Positions 13,801 through 28,379 of a stretch of 64,000 nucleotides of DNA are shown here, piece after piece (within the stretch, counting starts at the first letter, position 1; each line of letters opens with the position of its first letter). Source of the DNA: Octopus sinensis (taxonomy: Eukaryota). Made by a program: the position numbers and the translations under genes. The DNA is taken from assembly GCF_006345805.1 (NCBI RefSeq), contig NC_042997.1, positions 204,848,001 to 204,912,000 on the forward strand, read 5' to 3'. The notes beneath the pieces were generated by a model, which was not told the origin of the DNA, ran no database searches, and saw only the letters and a list, made by a program, of their open reading frames with translations.

Positions 13801-15259
13801 CTGTGTGCCTACAAGTAAAACTCAGGCTGATTCAACCAAAATAAAACATCATTAATCATCATCATCATCATCATCATCGTTTAATCTCCGCTTTCCATGC
13901 TAGCATGGGTTGGACGATTTTGACTGAGGGCTGACGAACCAGATGGCTGCACCAGGCTCCAATCTTGATCTGGCAGAGTTTCTACAGCTGGACGCCCTTC
14001 CTAACGTCAACCACTCCGAGAGTGTAGTGGGTGCTTTTTGCGTGCCACTGGCACGGGGGCCAGTCAGGCGGTACTTGCAATGACCTCGCTCAAATCTTTT
14101 TACATGTGCCAGTGAAGTGACGTTGGTAATGATCACGTTCGACTGGTGCTCTTTTACGTGCCATGGGTACAGAAGCCAGTTAGCTGCTCTGGCAACAATC
14201 ATGCTTGGATGGAGCTCTTGGCACCCTACTGGCACATGCACAAGTGCCAGTGAAGCAATGCTGGTAACGATCATACTCGAATAACGATCATACTCCTCAA
14301 AAATATTATTGAGTCCTCTTTTTTTCTACACTTAACACTACATGCATGTGTGTATGTTTATGCACATACATACACACGCACATTGCTCGCTTGATCTTAT
14401 GACACTATCATGCTTTCATCATCATCATCATCATCGTTTAACGTCCGTTTTCCGCGCTAGCACGAGTTGGACAGTTCGACCGGGGTCTGGGAAGCCAGGG
14501 TCTGCACCAGGCTCCAGTCTGATCTGGCAGTGTTTCTACAGCTGGATGCCCTTCCTAATGCCAACCACTCCGCAAGTGTAGTGGGTGCTTTTTACGTGCC
14601 ACCGGCACAGGTGCCAGGGGAGTCTGGCATTGGCCATGATCGGTTGGTGCTTTTAACGTGCCACCGGCACAGAAGCCAGTTGAGGCGGAGCTGGCATCAG
14701 CTACATTCGGATGGTGCTTTTTATGTGCCACTGGCACAGGTATCACAACTACTTTTTCCATTGATATTTATTTCGATGTTCATGTACTTGACTCAAGTAA
14801 TTCTTTTAGAATGCAGTAAAATAAAATTTTTAAAACTACTTATGATTTATTAGTAATACCTTCATTTTTGTTTTTTTTAAAGAACAAGTATCAGAAATGT
14901 CTAGCAGTAAGACAGCTGATGTTGCCAACTGAAAAGAAAAAATACAGAGAAAAAAACTGGAGGCAACTATAGTTATTAACAGCCAACAGCTTCTTCTTCA
15001 GTTAAGACAAAGAAAAAATGTTTCCCTACATTCCATTGTTTGTTTAAATTGTTGGATTCATTAAGCTGTTTCTAAACTCTGGTGAAACTAGAGAAGACCG
15101 ACTAAAGATATTTATGCACTGCATTACTGGCACTGAGTCATGATGTTGAGTTAGACCAGACTGAAGGGAAGCGGAGTAGTACTGGACTGCTAATAATAAT
15201 AATAATAAAATTCAATGATAATCATTATATATCAAGATTTATTATAATTATTATTATTA

Positions 15260-15864
15260 TATATAAAAGCACATCCGAGCATGGGGTGTAACCAGCCCAC
15301 TCATGAGTACCCCTCATTCATTGGACGATAAACTTTGCTTGCGAAGACCTATTGAGGCAAGTGTAAACAAATCAAAATCGCTGACGTGGCCAATGACAGT
15401 GCTGCCTGATTGGCCCTGGTGCCAGTGGAACATTAAAAGCACATCTAAGTGTGATTGTTGCCAGGGCCAGGGATTGGCTCCTGTGCCGGTGGCATGTAAA
15501 AAGCACCATTCGAGCGTGATCATTGCCAGTGTCGCCTTAGCGGCACATGTGCTGGTGGCACGTGAAAAACAACATTCAAGCATGGTCGTTGACAGTGCCA
15601 CCAGACTGGCTCCTGTGCAGGTAGCATGTAAAAAACACCTTTTGAGTGTGGTCGTTGCCAGAACCACCTGACTGGCCCCTGTGCTGGTGGCATGTAAAAG
15701 CACCCACTACACTCTCAGAGTGGTTGGCGTTAGGAAGGACATCCAGCTGTAGAAACATTGCCAGATCAGATTGGAGCCTGGTGCAGCCTTGTGGTTCGCC
15801 AGTCCTCAGTCAAACCGTCCAACCCATGCCAACATGGAAAGCAGACGTTAAATGACGATGATGA

Positions 15865-15870
<6 letters not shown>
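15260..15870 (+). mobile_element. Family B (RTE 3' UTR) long copy with tandem 60-70-bp units
   Basis: Repeated GTGCCGGTGGCAYGTAAAAAGCACC units; tail CCAACCCATGC..GGAAA..GACGTTAAATGACGATGATG. Confidence 0.85.
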
Positions 15871-15899
<29 letters not shown>

Positions 15900-16325
15900 T
15901 ATACTAGCTGAGTTACCTGGTAACACCTGGAAAAGCTGGGGTTATTTCCGGTTCCCATTCTCGTTACACTTTTTCATGTCCTATTTCATTCTCTGTTCAT
16001 TTCCTGTTCTAGTTCCACTCCCATTCCTATCCCTAATCCTATGTCAATATATAAATTTTAGAATCAGGTGTAATTAAGCCATTAAATATTTCATTAACCT
16101 TTAGAGTAATAGTTTATTGCTAAAAATAGGTATTGCAAACTATTAATTCGATTAGTGGGTGAATAAGGAATATCCCTATATTATTATAACAAAATAAATG
16201 AGTTGACCAGTAATATGGGGAAAGCAGGGGTTATCCCTAGTTCCCATTTACCATTACACTGTTCCATATCCCATCCTGTTTCCTGTTCAATTCCCATCTT
16301 TATGCCCAACCCATCTAATAGTTTA

Positions 16326-16670
16326 TTGCTGTGGCTGTGTGGTAAGTAGCTTGCTAACCAACCACATGGTTCCGGGTTCAGTCCCACTGCGTGGCATCTT
16401 GGGCAAGTGTCTTCTGCTATAGCCCCGGGCCGACCAATGCCTTGTGAGTGGATTTGGTAGACGGAAACTGAAAGAAGCCTGTCGTATATATGTATATATA
16501 TATATAAGTGTGTGTATATGTCTGTGTGTCTGTGTTTGTCCCCCCAGCATTGCTTGACAACCGATGCTGGTGTGTTTACGTCACCGTCACTTAGCGGTTC
16601 GGGAAAAAGAGACCGATAGAATAAGTACTGGGCTTATGGCCGCAGTCAAATGACTGAAACAAGTAAAGAG
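16326..16670 (+). mobile_element. Family A SINE
   Basis: Same motifs as 3449-3863, with an internal deletion. Confidence 0.8.
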
Positions 16671-17000
16671 TATTACAAACTATTAATTCAGTTAGTGGGT
16701 GAATAAGGAATGTCCCTGTATTATTTTAACAAACGAATATGTATCTGAGTTAAATAAATTAGATAAATAGATTTACAAATACGTTGACAAATAGTCCATG
16801 TATTGTAGCTGGCGTTGTTGCATGCCGTAGCTTATCATAGTTGATTTGTAAACATGTGCTACAGCCCACCTCCCTAGGGGGCCCATTATAGATTTTTATT
16901 GAAATCTAATTTGTCTATAATACAACTGGATGTTAAGAACAAATAAATAACGAAATCAAATTTAAAGTGAAAAATTATTTCAATATACCAAACTAGAAAA

Positions 17001-17231
17001 GGCGGCGAGCTGGCAGAAACATTAGCACACCGGGCGAAATGCTTAGCGATATTTCATCTGCCATTATGTTCTGGGTTCAAATTCCGCTGAAGTCGACTAT
17101 GCCTTTCATCCTTTCGGGGTCGATAAATAAAGTACCAGTTATGCACTGGGGTCGATGTAATCGAATTAATCCCTTTGTCTGTCCTTGTTTGTCCCCTCTA
17201 CATTTAGCCCCTTGTGGGCAATAGAGAAATA
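17001..17231 (+). mobile_element. Full-length family C SINE with 17-bp TSD
   Basis: TSD TATACCAAACTAGAAAA (16984-17000) / TATGCCAAATTAGAAAA (17232-17248). Confidence 0.9.
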
Positions 17232-17714
17232 TATGCCAAATTAGAAAATTTTGACATGATTTAAAAATCTCCCAATATATGACAGCAACGGAGAAGACCC
17301 TACAAAAGTAGACAGTTATAGGACGTGACACACAGACACACATAAATTTGCAAACTTACACACAGGTAATCATGAGTTTAAAATAGTGTATAGTAGACAT
17401 ATGTATGTATGAATATGTATGCATGTGTGTGTGTTAGTGTGTGAGTGTTTCTTTGCGATGGACAGCAGAAAAGCCACCTACCCACTCTCTCCTTACAACT
17501 ACATATTCCTCACACCCACCTTTCTGTGTGTCTGTGTTGTATCTATGTATTTACAAAAGTATGTATGCAGTGTCATGTGTATATGACAGCTGTATTAATG
17601 CTAGCATCCCATCCCCACTACTGTTTTTGCCTTCACTGATATAAGTCCCCCTCTCTCTCTGTTACTACCTTTCCCACAGACTAATACTTTTTGCAACCTT
17701 CTCATTTTATCATA

Positions 17715-17900
17715 TAATTCACCCAACGCCCGGGCGGGGGGGAGGCACGTTATAGATTTTTTTTTGTTGAAATCCAATTTGTCTATTATTGAACTGGATG
17801 TTAATGTAACATGTATGCAAAGTTTTGTGAAGATTGGTTTGCTGGTTTAGGCACTTAGATGGTAACAGACAGAAATTGTGATTTATACATACATACCTAC
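17715..17900 (+). mobile_element. Possible Lep1/HINE-like non-autonomous Helitron 3' part (related pieces at 15903-16000 and 16790-16940)
   Basis: GCAAAGTTTTGTGAAGATTGGTTTGCTGGTTTAGGC...GGTAACAGACAG...TTTATA resembles Lep1-type ends as I recall them; ACTAGCTG start at 15903. Confidence 0.35.
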
Positions 17901-17938
17901 CTACCTACCTACATACATACATAGATATATACATACAT

Positions 17939-17973
<35 letters not shown>

Positions 17974-18599
17974 TACATACATACATATGTAACTGAATAT
18001 GTATGTGGTTATGTGTGTGTGTTTAGCCCAGAAAGGCTCTGAAATAGTGCATTCTCAAGAAAAAGGGATCTGATTTTCAAATTTTGTGTCCCACAAAATA
18101 TAATCTGCTACAAGAAATAACTCAAGTTTCTAATCCATTCTCTACCTATCCCTCAATATATTTAACATACCCTTTGACATTCACTCTCTTTGTCTATATA
18201 TTAACTTTCATGAATTTATTTCATTTTATCACAGCTACCATGTACAAAAGTCCTGTTCTATGACAGAGTAAAAATGATCAAACTTGAAATCTCTGTAACA
18301 TTTTCCTAAAGTTTTTCTGAAATGAATAAATTACAAACTTGGATTCATCATGAAAAAATACATCAATATACCAAATTTGAAACTTTTCACTTGATTTTAA
18401 TTTTTCAAAGTCTGTGACAGAGTCGTAGGGCTCCCATCAGGGGCCTGCAAAACTTGAAGTAGGATGGAATCGAATCAAACTCTTTTAAATAGCACATGTA
18501 ACTCCTACTAAATTGGGATCTCGAGGGAAAGGAACATTCTTATGAGATGACAGACAATGATTGCAAACCGCCTGAGCAAGCACCCCAGAAGTCTTACCT

Positions 18600-19545
18600 G
18601 GAGAGAGCGCTGTTGGAGATTGAGAAAAGTCTGTATCAATCTCACAAAAATGTGAGAGCAGATAAGGAAGCTTGGGTTATAGAAAATATCAAGTTGAACC
18701 CTAAAGCCTTCTTTAACTTTGCCAAAGAAACAGGCTCAGTATACCATAAGATAGGACTGCTCTTCCAAAAAGATGGCTCCCTTACAGGCAACTCAATGAG
18801 GATACACATGCAAGTGAACAAACCAGCAGAATTCTTTGCCACTTTACCTGTAATCAAAGAGGTGAAAACTGATTACATCAACATTAAAGAAGATGTAACA
18901 CTGACCATAAATGAGGTTGACACAAACTCAGCTGCTGGCCCTGACGGATTCCCAGTGATCCTTCTCAAATCGTGCAAATGAGCCCTTGCAAAACCGCTAC
19001 AGCTTCTTATTCAGAGCTTTCTTGCAAGTGGTAAGCTTCAAGACAAACTGAAGGAAGATATAATATGCCCTATCCATAAAGGAGGAAGCAGAGCAGATGA
19101 TAAAAATTATAGGTCTATCTCTCTGGCCTCACACATCAGCAAAGTCATGGAACAAATAGTCCACAAGAAACTAATTGTGTTCCTTGAAGAAAATGACTTA
19201 CTGACTGACAGCCAGCATGGATTTCAACCAGGTAGAAGCTGCCTGACACAGCTCCTGCAACACTACGACTGGGTGTTAAAACAGCTGCTAAATGACTTAA
19301 GTGTGGATGTGATATATCTCGACTTTGCAAAAGCCTTTGATAAAGCTGATCGTGGCATGATATATCACAAACTGCATGATCTCAGCATAGTTGAAAAACG
19401 TGGAGAGTGGCTGCATGACTTTCTTAAAGATAGACGTTAGGCAGTGGTGGCTGATGGAACCACCTCAAAAGAAACACAAACAGAAAGTGGTGTCCCACAG
19501 GGCACTGTCTTAGGGCCACTGCTATTCATAGTGACCCTCTCAGAA
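18600..19545 (+). mobile_element. CR1-clade LINE reverse transcriptase fragment (pseudogenised)
   Basis: IKLNPKAFFNFAK, SAAGPDGFP, PIHKGG, NYRSISL, QHGFQPGRSCLTQLL, DVIYLDFAKAFDK, SGVPQGTVLGPLLF; in-frame stops. Confidence 0.93.
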
Positions 19546-20511
19546 CTGCTCAACAGGCTCTCATAAATGCCATCATGCCCTGGTCATACTTACATCTCCC
19601 TTCTAACCACTCCTACTCCTTGCACATCATCTCCCACAACCTTCTGATCTGTCCTTCCCCACCGAGGCATCTCTATGTCTCACCTCACTCCCTCTCCACA
19701 TGATATTTCTTATCAATCATACCACCTCTTCTCTCATTCCTGTCTGTTATTCTCCCCTCACACACCTCAGAAAGTATCCACTTACCCCTCTCCTTATCCA
19801 GTGCCTGTATCCTCTGTTATACTCACCTTCCTGTACCCTGAGAATCTGCTCTGGTACTGCATCACGAATATCTTTATCTCTTTCCCAACTACCTTCACTC
19901 ACCACTCGATAATGTGTGATAGCCAGGTATCATCCCTCCTTGTCCCTCCCTCATAACTTAGCCTTCTGACATTTGACATAAAGCAAACACTCCACCACAC
20001 ACTTTCCTTTTGCCGTGTTTCCTCTTTTCTGTCTTGCAAGTTACTTGGCAACCTCACTAGTGCTGGTGCCACATAAAAAACACCCACTACACATTCTAAA
20101 ATGGTTGGCATTAGGCAAGGATTCCAATGCAGAAACCATGCCAAAACTGAGATAAGAGCATGTCAAACTGTTGAACCTACGTCATCATGGAAATTGACAT
20201 TAAATGATGATGTTGATAATGATGATGATGATGTGTGCAGATGTGCTTATGTCAACTTGACTTAACATGACATGATAACTGTAAACAAATGTCACCATTT
20301 CAGAAGCAGTGTTGTTCATTTCCAATTTTCTGTGAAAGTATGTCAGGCAATGAGTACTCACTGGTGTAGGGGTCTTTAAGGCACCACAGCATCATGTATG
20401 TTATGAACATTCATTGCCTAAAGGGAGGGAAGGCTCCCTGGTGATGGAAAATACTAGTGATTAGATATTCATGTTTGAATCTACCAGAACATATTAAGAA
20501 TAATTAGATAA

Positions 20512-20835
20512 ATATTCTGTTGTGTCTGGGGAAAGTCATTTTCTTTTTGTGCCTTATAATTTAACACACTCACCGGTAAAATTTCCACTTTTTTTCTTAT
20601 TTTCCTAAAATTTTTGTTGCATCTTGCAACCTTTTCAATAGTCTTGACTCTTGAAAAGTTTGCAAGATGCACCGAAAATTTGAGGAAAATAAAAATAATA
20701 ACTGGAAACTTTACCAGTGAGTGTGTTAAATTATAAGGCACAAAAAGAAAATGACTCTCCCTAGACACAACAGAATATGCTTCAACATACGAACTCACAT
20801 AAAGAATCTTGCAAACCAAATCCACAAACGAAATA
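20512..20835. mobile_element. Palindromic repeat element with an asymmetric 3' extension
   Basis: ATATTCTGTTGTGTCTGGGG... / ...CTAGACACAACAGAATAT arms (20512-20778) plus a ~60-bp tail; second copy at 50980-51298. Confidence 0.8.
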
Positions 20836-21221
20836 GATAAGTATTAACATCACTTAAATACCAACTTTTCCATGTTTGCAGAGGTCAGACGGAATTTATT
20901 GAGGCAAGTTTTCTATGGTCAGCAGCCTTTCCTGTTTCCAAGTGATGTGCTATTTCTCCATGGTAAGGCATATTTTCACAGAATATTAGAAATACAATGT
21001 CAAGACAAAGTGACACAAACATATGCACGCTTACATACACATACACATAAACATGCATGCATGCACACACATACACAATGGGAATGGTACACATGTCTGT
21101 GGAGTGCTCAGCCACTTGCACATTAGTTTCACAAGCCGGCTCTCCTGTTGATTGGATCAACTGAAACCCTCGTCGTCGTAACCAACTGAGTACCATGTAT
21201 ATATGAGTGGGTGTGTGTGTT

Positions 21222-21254
<33 letters not shown>

Positions 21255-21996
21255 GGATACACATATATTTACATATATGCATGTGTGTGTGTGTGTATAT
21301 GTATAGGAGTAATTGTGGCTATGTGGTTAAGAACTTTGCTTCCCAACTACATGGTGCCATGCTCAGCCCCACTTCAAGTGTCTTCAAATTGTTGCCATGG
21401 GCCAGCCAAAGCCTTGTGAATGGATTTGGTAAACAGAAACTGAAAGAAACCATTGTGTGAGTGTGTGTATGTGCATGTTTATATGTAAGTGTGCATGTGT
21501 TTGTGTCACCTTGTCTTCACATTGTCATCCACTGATCCTGTTGACTCTGCGGCACTACTTACGGGATTCTTATGGTGTCATCTTCCTTTATTATCTCCTG
21601 CAAAATCAAATCTTTCCCCTGGCCTCTGACCACCATTCCATTCCATTTATGTAACACCCACTCCCTGCCTATTAGTCCGAGTGTGTTCCACTGTTTCTTT
21701 GATGGTAAGACGTTTCTCTGCTGCATCCAAAGTCTCCTGGACTTTTCATTTCCTACCTGTCTTCAGTTTGGGTCAGATCAACCTCACAACTTTGTTTTTT
21801 GTGTCTTCAAACATGGTTAAGAGCCTTGCTTTTTCAAATTTATACTCTTCAACGATGGACTTGAGAGGTAGCTTCTGCTTGGCCTGGTCACAGCAGAGTG
21901 CAACATCAGAAAGCCACAAATATATATCCTATATTAACGCAGTATATGTTATATACGCACAAATGCTATCTCCCTCCCTAATACAATTTAGACGCC

Positions 21997-22212
21997 TATT
22001 TCTTTTCTACCCACAAGGGGCTAAATACAAGGACAGACAAATGGATTAAGTTGATTACATCGACCCCAGTGCGTAACTGGTACTTAATTTATCGAACCCA
22101 AAAGGATGAAAGCAAAGTCGACCTCGGCGGAATTTGAACTCAGAATGTAACAGCAGACAAATTATGGCTACGCATTTTGCCCGGCGTGCTAACGATTTTG
22201 CCAGCTCACCGC
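21997..22212 (-). mobile_element. Full-length tRNA-derived SINE (family C) fused to the 3' end of U6
   Basis: Head GCGGTGAGCTGGCAAAATCGTTAGC, B-box-like GAGTTCAAATTCC, core CTTTCATCCTTTTGGGTTCGATAAATTAAGTACCAG, tail GCCCCTTGTGGGTAGAAAAGAAATA. Confidence 0.9.
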
Positions 22213-22219
22213 TTTTTTT

Positions 22220-22326
22220 AAAAATATGGAATACTTCACGAATCTGCGTGTCATCCTTGCGCAGGGGCCATGCTGATCTTCTCTGTACCATTCCAATTTT
22301 AGTATATGTACTTCCGAAACAAGTGC
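22220..22326 (-). pseudogene. RNU6: U6 snRNA retro-pseudogene (full length, 107 nt)
   Basis: Minus strand reads GCACTTGTTTCGGAAGTACATATACTAAAATTGGAATGGTACAGAGAAGATCAGCATGGCCCCTGCGCAAGGATGACACGCAGATTCGTGAAGTATTCCATATTTTT. The ACAGAGA box is present, with roughly 9 substitutions versus canonical U6, several at CpGs. Confidence 0.95.
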
Positions 22327-22794
22327 AATATAGACACCATTTAAGTGCTAATATATCTGCTTTTACACAATAGAGACATCAAACAGTTACAAAAATATCT
22401 AAAATTTAATACAGACACCACACAACCATAAATATAACTCTTGTGTAAAACCAGGTATGTATAGTCAGAAAATCATGAATAGATGTAATGTTAAGCTTGT
22501 AAAAAGAGAAACCTGCACATCCGACCTTTATAGCAATTTCCATGGTTGTATTAATTTATTCAAAATCTGTTGCCTGTGTGTTTCAATTCAACTGGAAAAC
22601 AGTCAAGAAAACTGCAGCAATTTAATGAAAGCACTTACCTTTTTATTATTATGAGGCTGGTGTTTGGCACTTACATAAGGATATAAAAATAGAAAGTTTA
22701 AATGTGTCTGTATGAGCATATAACAAGAGGCTTTGTATCTCAAAACCACAGGTAGATTCAGAGAGGTTTAGTATCTGCACACACACACACGTAT

Positions 22795-24260
<1,466 letters not shown>

Positions 24261-25194
24261 TACATCATCATCATCATCATCATTTAACATCCACTCTCCA
24301 TGCTGGCATGGGTTAGATGGTTTGACTGGAGCTGATGAGCAAGAGAGCTGCACCAGACTCCAGTCTGATTTGGCATGGTTCCTACAGCTGAATGCCCTTT
24401 CTAACACCAACCACTACAAGAGTGTAATTTACATGACACAGGGTAATTTACATATATAGTATTGGGTGCGTTAAGAATGTGAGAACAAAACAAAACCATA
24501 CGTGGTCCACACTTTAAATATGTTCTCTTTTTTTCAGCTCCAGCATGGAAGCTTTGATTCTAATGCAGTCAATGGAAAGGTTTGCAGTTCTAGTTCAGAG
24601 ATTCTGGGATTGCAACCTTTGTGAATGTCACCAGGTCCTTCGTGTCTAAGATCAGAAATGAGTTCCAGTGGTGAAAAGAAAAAGACATTCTTGAGTCAGA
24701 CATTGTGTGAAAAGTTGAGTTCATCCAGGAAGTCCAGGGCACCATTAATGAGAGTGTGTGTGTGTATGCGTCTGTACATATATATATGTTTGTGTGTGTG
24801 TGTGGCATGGCTGTGTGGTTAGAAACTTGCTTCCCAACCACATGGTTCTGGGTTCAGCCCCACTGCGTGGCACCTCAGGCAAATGTCTTCTACTATAGTC
24901 TCGGGCCAACCAAAGCCTTGTGAGTGGATTTAGTAGATGGAAACTAAAAGAAGCCTGTCATGTATACATATGTGTGTTTGTGTGTCTGTGTTTCAGTGAC
25001 TGTTTTGGCAGGATTTTTGCAGCTGGATGCCCTTCCTAGCAGGGTTTACAAAACCAGCAGTACAGCATTAATAAAATGGAGAGAATATAAATATAATGCT
25101 CTGAGTTAAGGTGAGTAAATAATGAACGACATGGGATGTTGCAGAATGTCATATGAAAGTGAGGAGGATGTGATGGATACCTTTATATGGCCTG

Positions 25195-25556
25195 TGTGGT
25201 AAGAAGCTTGCTTCCCCACCGCATGCTTCTAGGTTCAGTCCCACTGCGTGGCACCTTGGGCAAGTGTCTTCTACTATAGCTTCAGGTCGACCAAAGCCTT
25301 GCGAGCGGACTTGGCAGGCAGATGCTGAAACAGGCCCATCGTATGTATATATTATATATATGTATATGTTTGTCCCCCTAACCATCGCTTGACAACTGAT
25401 GTTGGTGTGTTTACGTCCCTGTAACTCAGCAGTTTGGCAAAAGAAGCTGATCGAATAAGGACCAGGCTTACAATGAATAAGTCCTGGGGTTGATTTGTTC
25501 GACTGAAGGCGGCGGACCAGTATGGCCACAGTCAAATGACTGAAACAAGTAAAAGA
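25195..25556 (+). mobile_element. Family A SINE
   Basis: Same motifs as 3449-3863. Confidence 0.8.
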
Positions 25557-26130
25557 ATATATGCGTGTGTATCGGTTTAACATTTTCATGTATGTATACA
25601 AACAGTACCCTTTTGAACATACACTGTCTAGAAGGAGGGGGGGGGGAATTCTCTGATGACAAACAGCAGCCATCAGATTTGCTAAAATGTATCAAGAATG
25701 AATTGATATTGCTTGGATTCTCACTGTGTGCACCTCATGGATTATTGCTGGTTTAGCAGACATCAGCATGTACCTGCTTGTGCTCATCAGAGATTCATTG
25801 ATCTAGTGCAATGCTTTGACTGAGGAGACATACAACGAAGATAAAACCCTCTGACGTCTCAAAGTTCCCTTACACTGGTGAATCATGTGTTATGAACACA
25901 CATCACCTAAAGGGAGAAGATGCTTGTTCTCTGATGACAAAAGTTATCAGATATTCGCATTTTGAATCAGCCAGAACATTAAGAACAAATAGAGACGTTG
26001 CTATTTGGATTCTCACAATCCTATGAATAATTATATATTCTTTTATGTGTTTCAGCCCAAAGGCTGTGGCCATGCTGGGACACCACCAGTATTATCACCT
26101 TTCAATGGCTATGTATATATGTGTGTGTGC

Positions 26131-26170
<40 letters not shown>

Positions 26171-27521
26171 TCACCATCGTTTAATGTCCATTTTCCATAC
26201 TGGCATGGGTTGGACAGTTTGAGGGAGATCTAGAGAGCCAGTGACTGCACCAGGCTCTGATCTGATCTGGTAATGTTTCTACAGCTGGATGCCCTTCCAA
26301 GAGTGTAGTGAGTGCTTTTTACATGCCACCAGCATAGGGGCCAGTCAGGGGGTACTGGCATCAGCCACATTCGGTTGGTGCTTTTTAATAAGAGCCAGTC
26401 AGGCAGACCTGGCATCAGCCATGTTCAGATGATGCTTTTTACATGCCACTGGCACAGGAGCCAGTCAGGGGGCACTGACCACAGCTACGATATATATATA
26501 TATATATATATATCAGGCAGCACTGGCATTAACCATGCTCATATGGTGCCTTTTACATTCCACCAGTATGGGTGCCAGTCAGGCGGTACTAGCATCGGCC
26601 AAGACCATGATTTCACTTGACTCAGCAGGTCTTCTCAATTACAGTATATTGTCCATTGGTTGAAGGCTACTCTTAAATAAGCTTTCATTAGAGAATAAAA
26701 GTATATTTTGTTAATCATCAGCTTAATGATTCTTAGAGACCATAGAAATCCAGGAAGCAATGATGTCTTCCTTCAGGTTGAATCCATATTTACTTGTTCC
26801 ATTTAAGAATCACAATTCACATGAAGAAGTACATAATTAAGAGATATAACTATAAATATGCAGTGCACCCTTGTGGTCAATTATTGCAAGGGAGATAATC
26901 ATTCCTAGATAAGTCTTCGCATTGAATCTTTAATCAAGGAATAAAGAAAAAAAATGCAAAGAATATATGTATTTGATATTTTTTTGCTCTTACTCATCAC
27001 AAAAAACCTTCAAATTTCTAGTCAGAAGTGATCACGGAAAGCACCATTTCATTCTTATTTGAAATAATCAGCATGACATAACTTGAGGTGAATGAATTAA
27101 ACCAAATGAAACATTCTATGAAGCGAGACTTTAAGGATGAAAATAACTACAGGTCAGAAGAAATTCATGGAATGTGTTTTTCTTTTCCTTTGTAATATTA
27201 ATAATAAATAACAGAGTGAAAGTGCTTGGTTTAGTGTTTAGGGTATCAAACACAAGATTGTAAGGTTGTAAGTTTGATTCCTGGCAGTGTGTTGTGTCTT
27301 GAGCACTTTACCTCATGTTGCTCCAATCCACTCAATTGAAAAAGTTGACAAGTCCCTGTGTATTTCAAAGGGCCAACCTTGTCCCATTCTGTGTGTCTCA
27401 CTGAGTTTCTCTGAAAATAGTTAGCAGTACATGTGTCTGTAGAGTTCTCAGTTCATAAGCAAGCTGTTCCTTTGATCAAATCAACTGGAGCCCCCATCGT
27501 TGTCTAACAGAGTGCTAATTA

Positions 27522-28115
27522 TCATCATCGTTTAACGTCCACTTTCCATGCTAGCATGGGTTGGACGTATGGCTGAGGGCTGGCGAACCAGATGGCTGCA
27601 CCAGGCTTCAATCTTGATCTGGCAGAGTTTCTACAGCTGGATGCCCTTCCTAACGCCAACCACTCCGATAGTGTAGTGGGTGCTTTTACGTGCCAGTCAG
27701 GCGGCACTGGCAATGACCTCACTCGAATCTTTTACACATGCCACCGGCAGAGGTGCCAGTAAGGCGATGCTGGTAACGATCATGCTTGAATGGTGCCCTT
27801 TTACGTGCCACCGGCACGGAGGCTACATAGCCGCTCTGGCAACAATCACACTCGGATGGTGTTCTTAATACTCTACTAGCACGGGGCTCGAGTGCCAGTA
27901 GTGCGCTGCTGGTAATGATCATGCTCGAATTGTGGTTTTTAAGTGCCACTGGCACGGAAGCCGGTTAGCTGCTGTCAATGATCACACTCGTATGGTGCTC
28001 TTTGCACCCTGCAAGCACAGACGCCAGTCATCGAATTTGATTTTGATTTCACTTGCCTCAACAGGTCTTCGCAAGCAGCTTTAGTGTCCAAAGAAGGAAA
28101 GCTACGCATAAGTGG
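27522..28115 (-). mobile_element. Family B long copy (others near 1447-1650, 9095-9460, 13858-14280, 14418-14745, 23196-23520, 26165-26630, 47190-47475, 51745-52182)
   Basis: Same units and (GAT)n tail. Confidence 0.85.
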
Positions 28116-28379
28116 GCTATATGTATAAAACAGAAGCAATGTTGTAATGTATTGTCTTTACAAGAACACACTGTTTTCTAAAAACAGCATATTAAAATCA
28201 GAGATAAGTTAAAGGAGCTGGTGTGGTTAAGAAGGTGCAAACATCATCCTCATTCCATGTCTCCCCAGATGGATCTCATATTATGGAATATTCCTCTTAG
28301 ATTTGTGACAATATTACTGCTTAGAAAATTACTATTTTTAAATCTCCCAACATGAGATATTCAGCAACAGTACTTTGTA

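Noticed and set aside
22220-22360. U6 as a functional Pol III gene (a TATA-like ATATATTA lies near -30)
   Set aside because: There are about 9 substitutions, including a broken 5' stem-loop. A flanking TSD and fusion to a SINE indicate retroposition, and TATA-like words are common in AT-rich DNA.
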